Assembly: GCF_000315625.1 (NCBI RefSeq)
Contig: NW_005434658.1
Coordinates: forward strand, 339,139 to 403,138
Source of the DNA: Guillardia theta CCMP2712
Taxonomy: Eukaryota > Protista > Cryptophyta
Reading direction: 5' to 3'
Length of the DNA: 64,000 nucleotides
Each line of letters opens with the position of its first letter. The stretch's first letter is position 1. Shown piece by piece: positions 61,950 through 64,000 of the stretch. Made by a program: the position numbers and the translations under genes. Below the pieces are notes generated by a model that saw nothing but the letters and a program-made list of their open reading frames with translations, made no database searches and was not told the origin of the DNA.

Positions 61950-63349
61950 ATCTAGGAAGGACTCCCGACCGACCACTTCACGACCCGTCGCTCTCCATAG
62001 CCTCCTGCCGGACCCGAACAGGAGGCTTGCGACTCCTTATCCAGCTGAGATGGAGCTGAGCTGGGATTGTGCCAAACCCGTTGGGCCCGGCAACAGTCCC
62101 AGTCTCTGCCACTTTCTCAACCCAGAAGAGATCAAACCCGTTTCCCTGTGGTCAACTTTCAGTCTCACAAAACCGTGACGCGGCATGGCCTCCAACCTGC
62201 AGCAACGCAAAAACCTGCCACAGTTCACCCCAAGTCTTGAGCCTCTTTGAGACGTCATCGAGGTGCAGCTCTAGCAGGATCTGAGCAGAGATCAGCCCAA
62301 AATTACGAGTCGCTGCGCAGCATACCTGGTCGACCTGATGGAGGACAGACGTCGGCTCTGACTGGAAAATCTTCATCATCCCATCCCACTCGCATCCTAA
62401 CAAGCTTCAGATCCGAACATGTCTCCGAGAGGCCCTTACCATTGCAGTCGAACTTGAGGAGGTCCACCTGACAGCCGGAGTGCTCGGTGGTCCGAGCAAA
62501 CAAGCACAACTCGGGCTCTGTTGACTTGATCAGAGTCTGAAGGCCGTCCACCCTCTTGGAAGTTGCCTGGAGCACTGATAGGTCAGTCTGAAGCAGAGCA
62601 AGTAAAGAAGCGCACTTCATAGATCATCGACTGCGCCATCCAGTTTGACCCTCCAACGATCCTCCACCCTGGGCCAACGGCTGCGATGTCGTACCCAGGG
62701 TGCAGCTTCGAGTTGTACTTTTCTTTGACGTTGTCTGTCTTCTCTAATTTGAACCTCTTGAGCTTCACAGATGCGCTCTCCTCCCCGCTCCCAAGGCCTT
62801 GGTTGTGAAAGTTGACCTGGAGAACGGATCAGCTCCATAGCAAGCGGCACAGGCCGGATCGGTCACCCATCCTTCGAAGTGGGTGGAGTCCTGACTAAAG
62901 TCGTTCTGGAAGAACTCGACTTGGTGGTCGAACCCATCAACCTTGCAGCCAAACTTTCTTGCAAGCTCGATCTCAAACGATGGGTCCAGCCCTATCCCCA
63001 CACTCAGCACCCTACAGTCTACCTGTACCAGTCCCAGTGACGAGAAGCTCTGCGATGAAGTGACGCCGACTTGACTGAGCCTGTTTCCTAACGGCCCATC
63101 AAGACATACCATCCACCCCTGATGCCCTTCCGCCCCTATTCTCATCGGCCGAAGACAATCGTACATGACCTCCCCGTTCAGCATTCGCTGCAGCAAGACC
63201 TCTTCGACGGACTTGTGCGTACCCATGGACACTGAGATGCTCCCTGCGTTCGACGCGATGAGAATCGCGAGTACGACGTTTGACAGGAGAAGGACAGCTG
63301 CTGCTGTCTTGAACGAGATCTGCAGCTTGTGATTCATCAATGTCTGCAT
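61950..63349 (-). CDS. Type-II membrane Methyltransf_22 (METTL24/FkbM-like) SAM-dependent methyltransferase
   Basis: N-terminal anchor; RIGAEGHQGWMVCLD, CRVLSVGIGLDPSFEIEL...GCKVDGFD, VDLLKFDCNG/CEW, Q/ILLELH. Confidence 0.85.
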
Positions 63350-63793
63350 CCTCCTACGAAACGACAGGCAAAACGTCAGACTTGCATAGCAAGGGCAGCA
63401 GCAAGCAAGCTGGTGGAGAACGCGAGTGAGGACATCTGCATGTGGTCAACTCACTTGGGCAGGTCTGTTTCAGCCTCCTCCATCTCCCTCCTCCTCCTCA
63501 GCCATCGCGTCGAGTCACGCACCATCCCCTTCGATCCTGCTTGTCCCACCATCCTGACTGTCGGGGACCCCACAGACCCTCACTGACACGGGAATTCTTG
63601 AAGCCCGGGCGCCCCGGGCCGGCCGCGGGCCCGGACTGGGCAGCACCGGCAGCGGCTCCGCCGCCGCTGCGCAGTCAGGCGGCCAGGTTCTGTGAACTAG
63701 ACTGCGGCTCTGAGTCAGCCGCCGGGCGAGGTCGGATGGCGGCCGGACTGCCGCCAGGCTGCGGCCGTGAGACCGTGGCTGCCGAGAATGTAG

Positions 63794-63908
63794 TTTACTG
63801 AAACTTTATTCTCTCCAGGTTGGACCTTGAAAGAAGGCATGCAATCAAATTGTCCTTCTGCAACGACTGCCCCCGCGAATACTGGAAAATTCTCAAGCCA
63901 TCGAAACC
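63794..63908 (-). CDS. Probable last exon of a gene entering from the right edge
   Basis: TTGCAG acceptor, then FDGLRIFQYSRGQSLQKDNLIACLLSRSNLERIKFQ*. Confidence 0.35.
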
Positions 63909-64000
63909 TGCAAGATCAGTAGGCCGTTGGCAAACGGTGACGGTGCACAGTAGTAACACGCGTGTGCTGATGTTAGAGGACTACACCATGCTTCTTCGCG

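Overview
Gene-dense eukaryotic nuclear DNA with many short (~50-70 nt) spliceosomal introns, microsatellite-expanded introns and three 100-N scaffold gaps. Intron size, RWP-RK paralogs and a bipartite-leader protein suggest a cryptophyte-type alga such as Guillardia; this is an inference. I see about 20 protein genes and tRNA-Lys(UUU). Recognisable genes: FAD monooxygenase, DBP8/DDX49, two RWP-RK factors, an SH3-PH-TBC RabGAP, NOL6/UTP22, an F-type-lectin/Cys-repeat protein and a Methyltransf_22 protein. Most interesting: (1) an Orai-like 4-TM protein lacking the selectivity glutamates, with a SAM-like tail; (2) a SHOCT/alpha-kinase/PDZ/F-box/LRR/coiled-coil/PDZ/PDZ protein; (3) an EF-hand plus PHTF-like membrane protein whose conserved C-terminus lies in the +1 frame; (4) an NDNF/Nord-like type-I membrane protein; (5) recurrent intergenic islands of nested palindromes; (6) strict strand alternation over 12 consecutive genes. 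Exon structures were read by eye and domain calls come from remembered motifs. No database searches were run.
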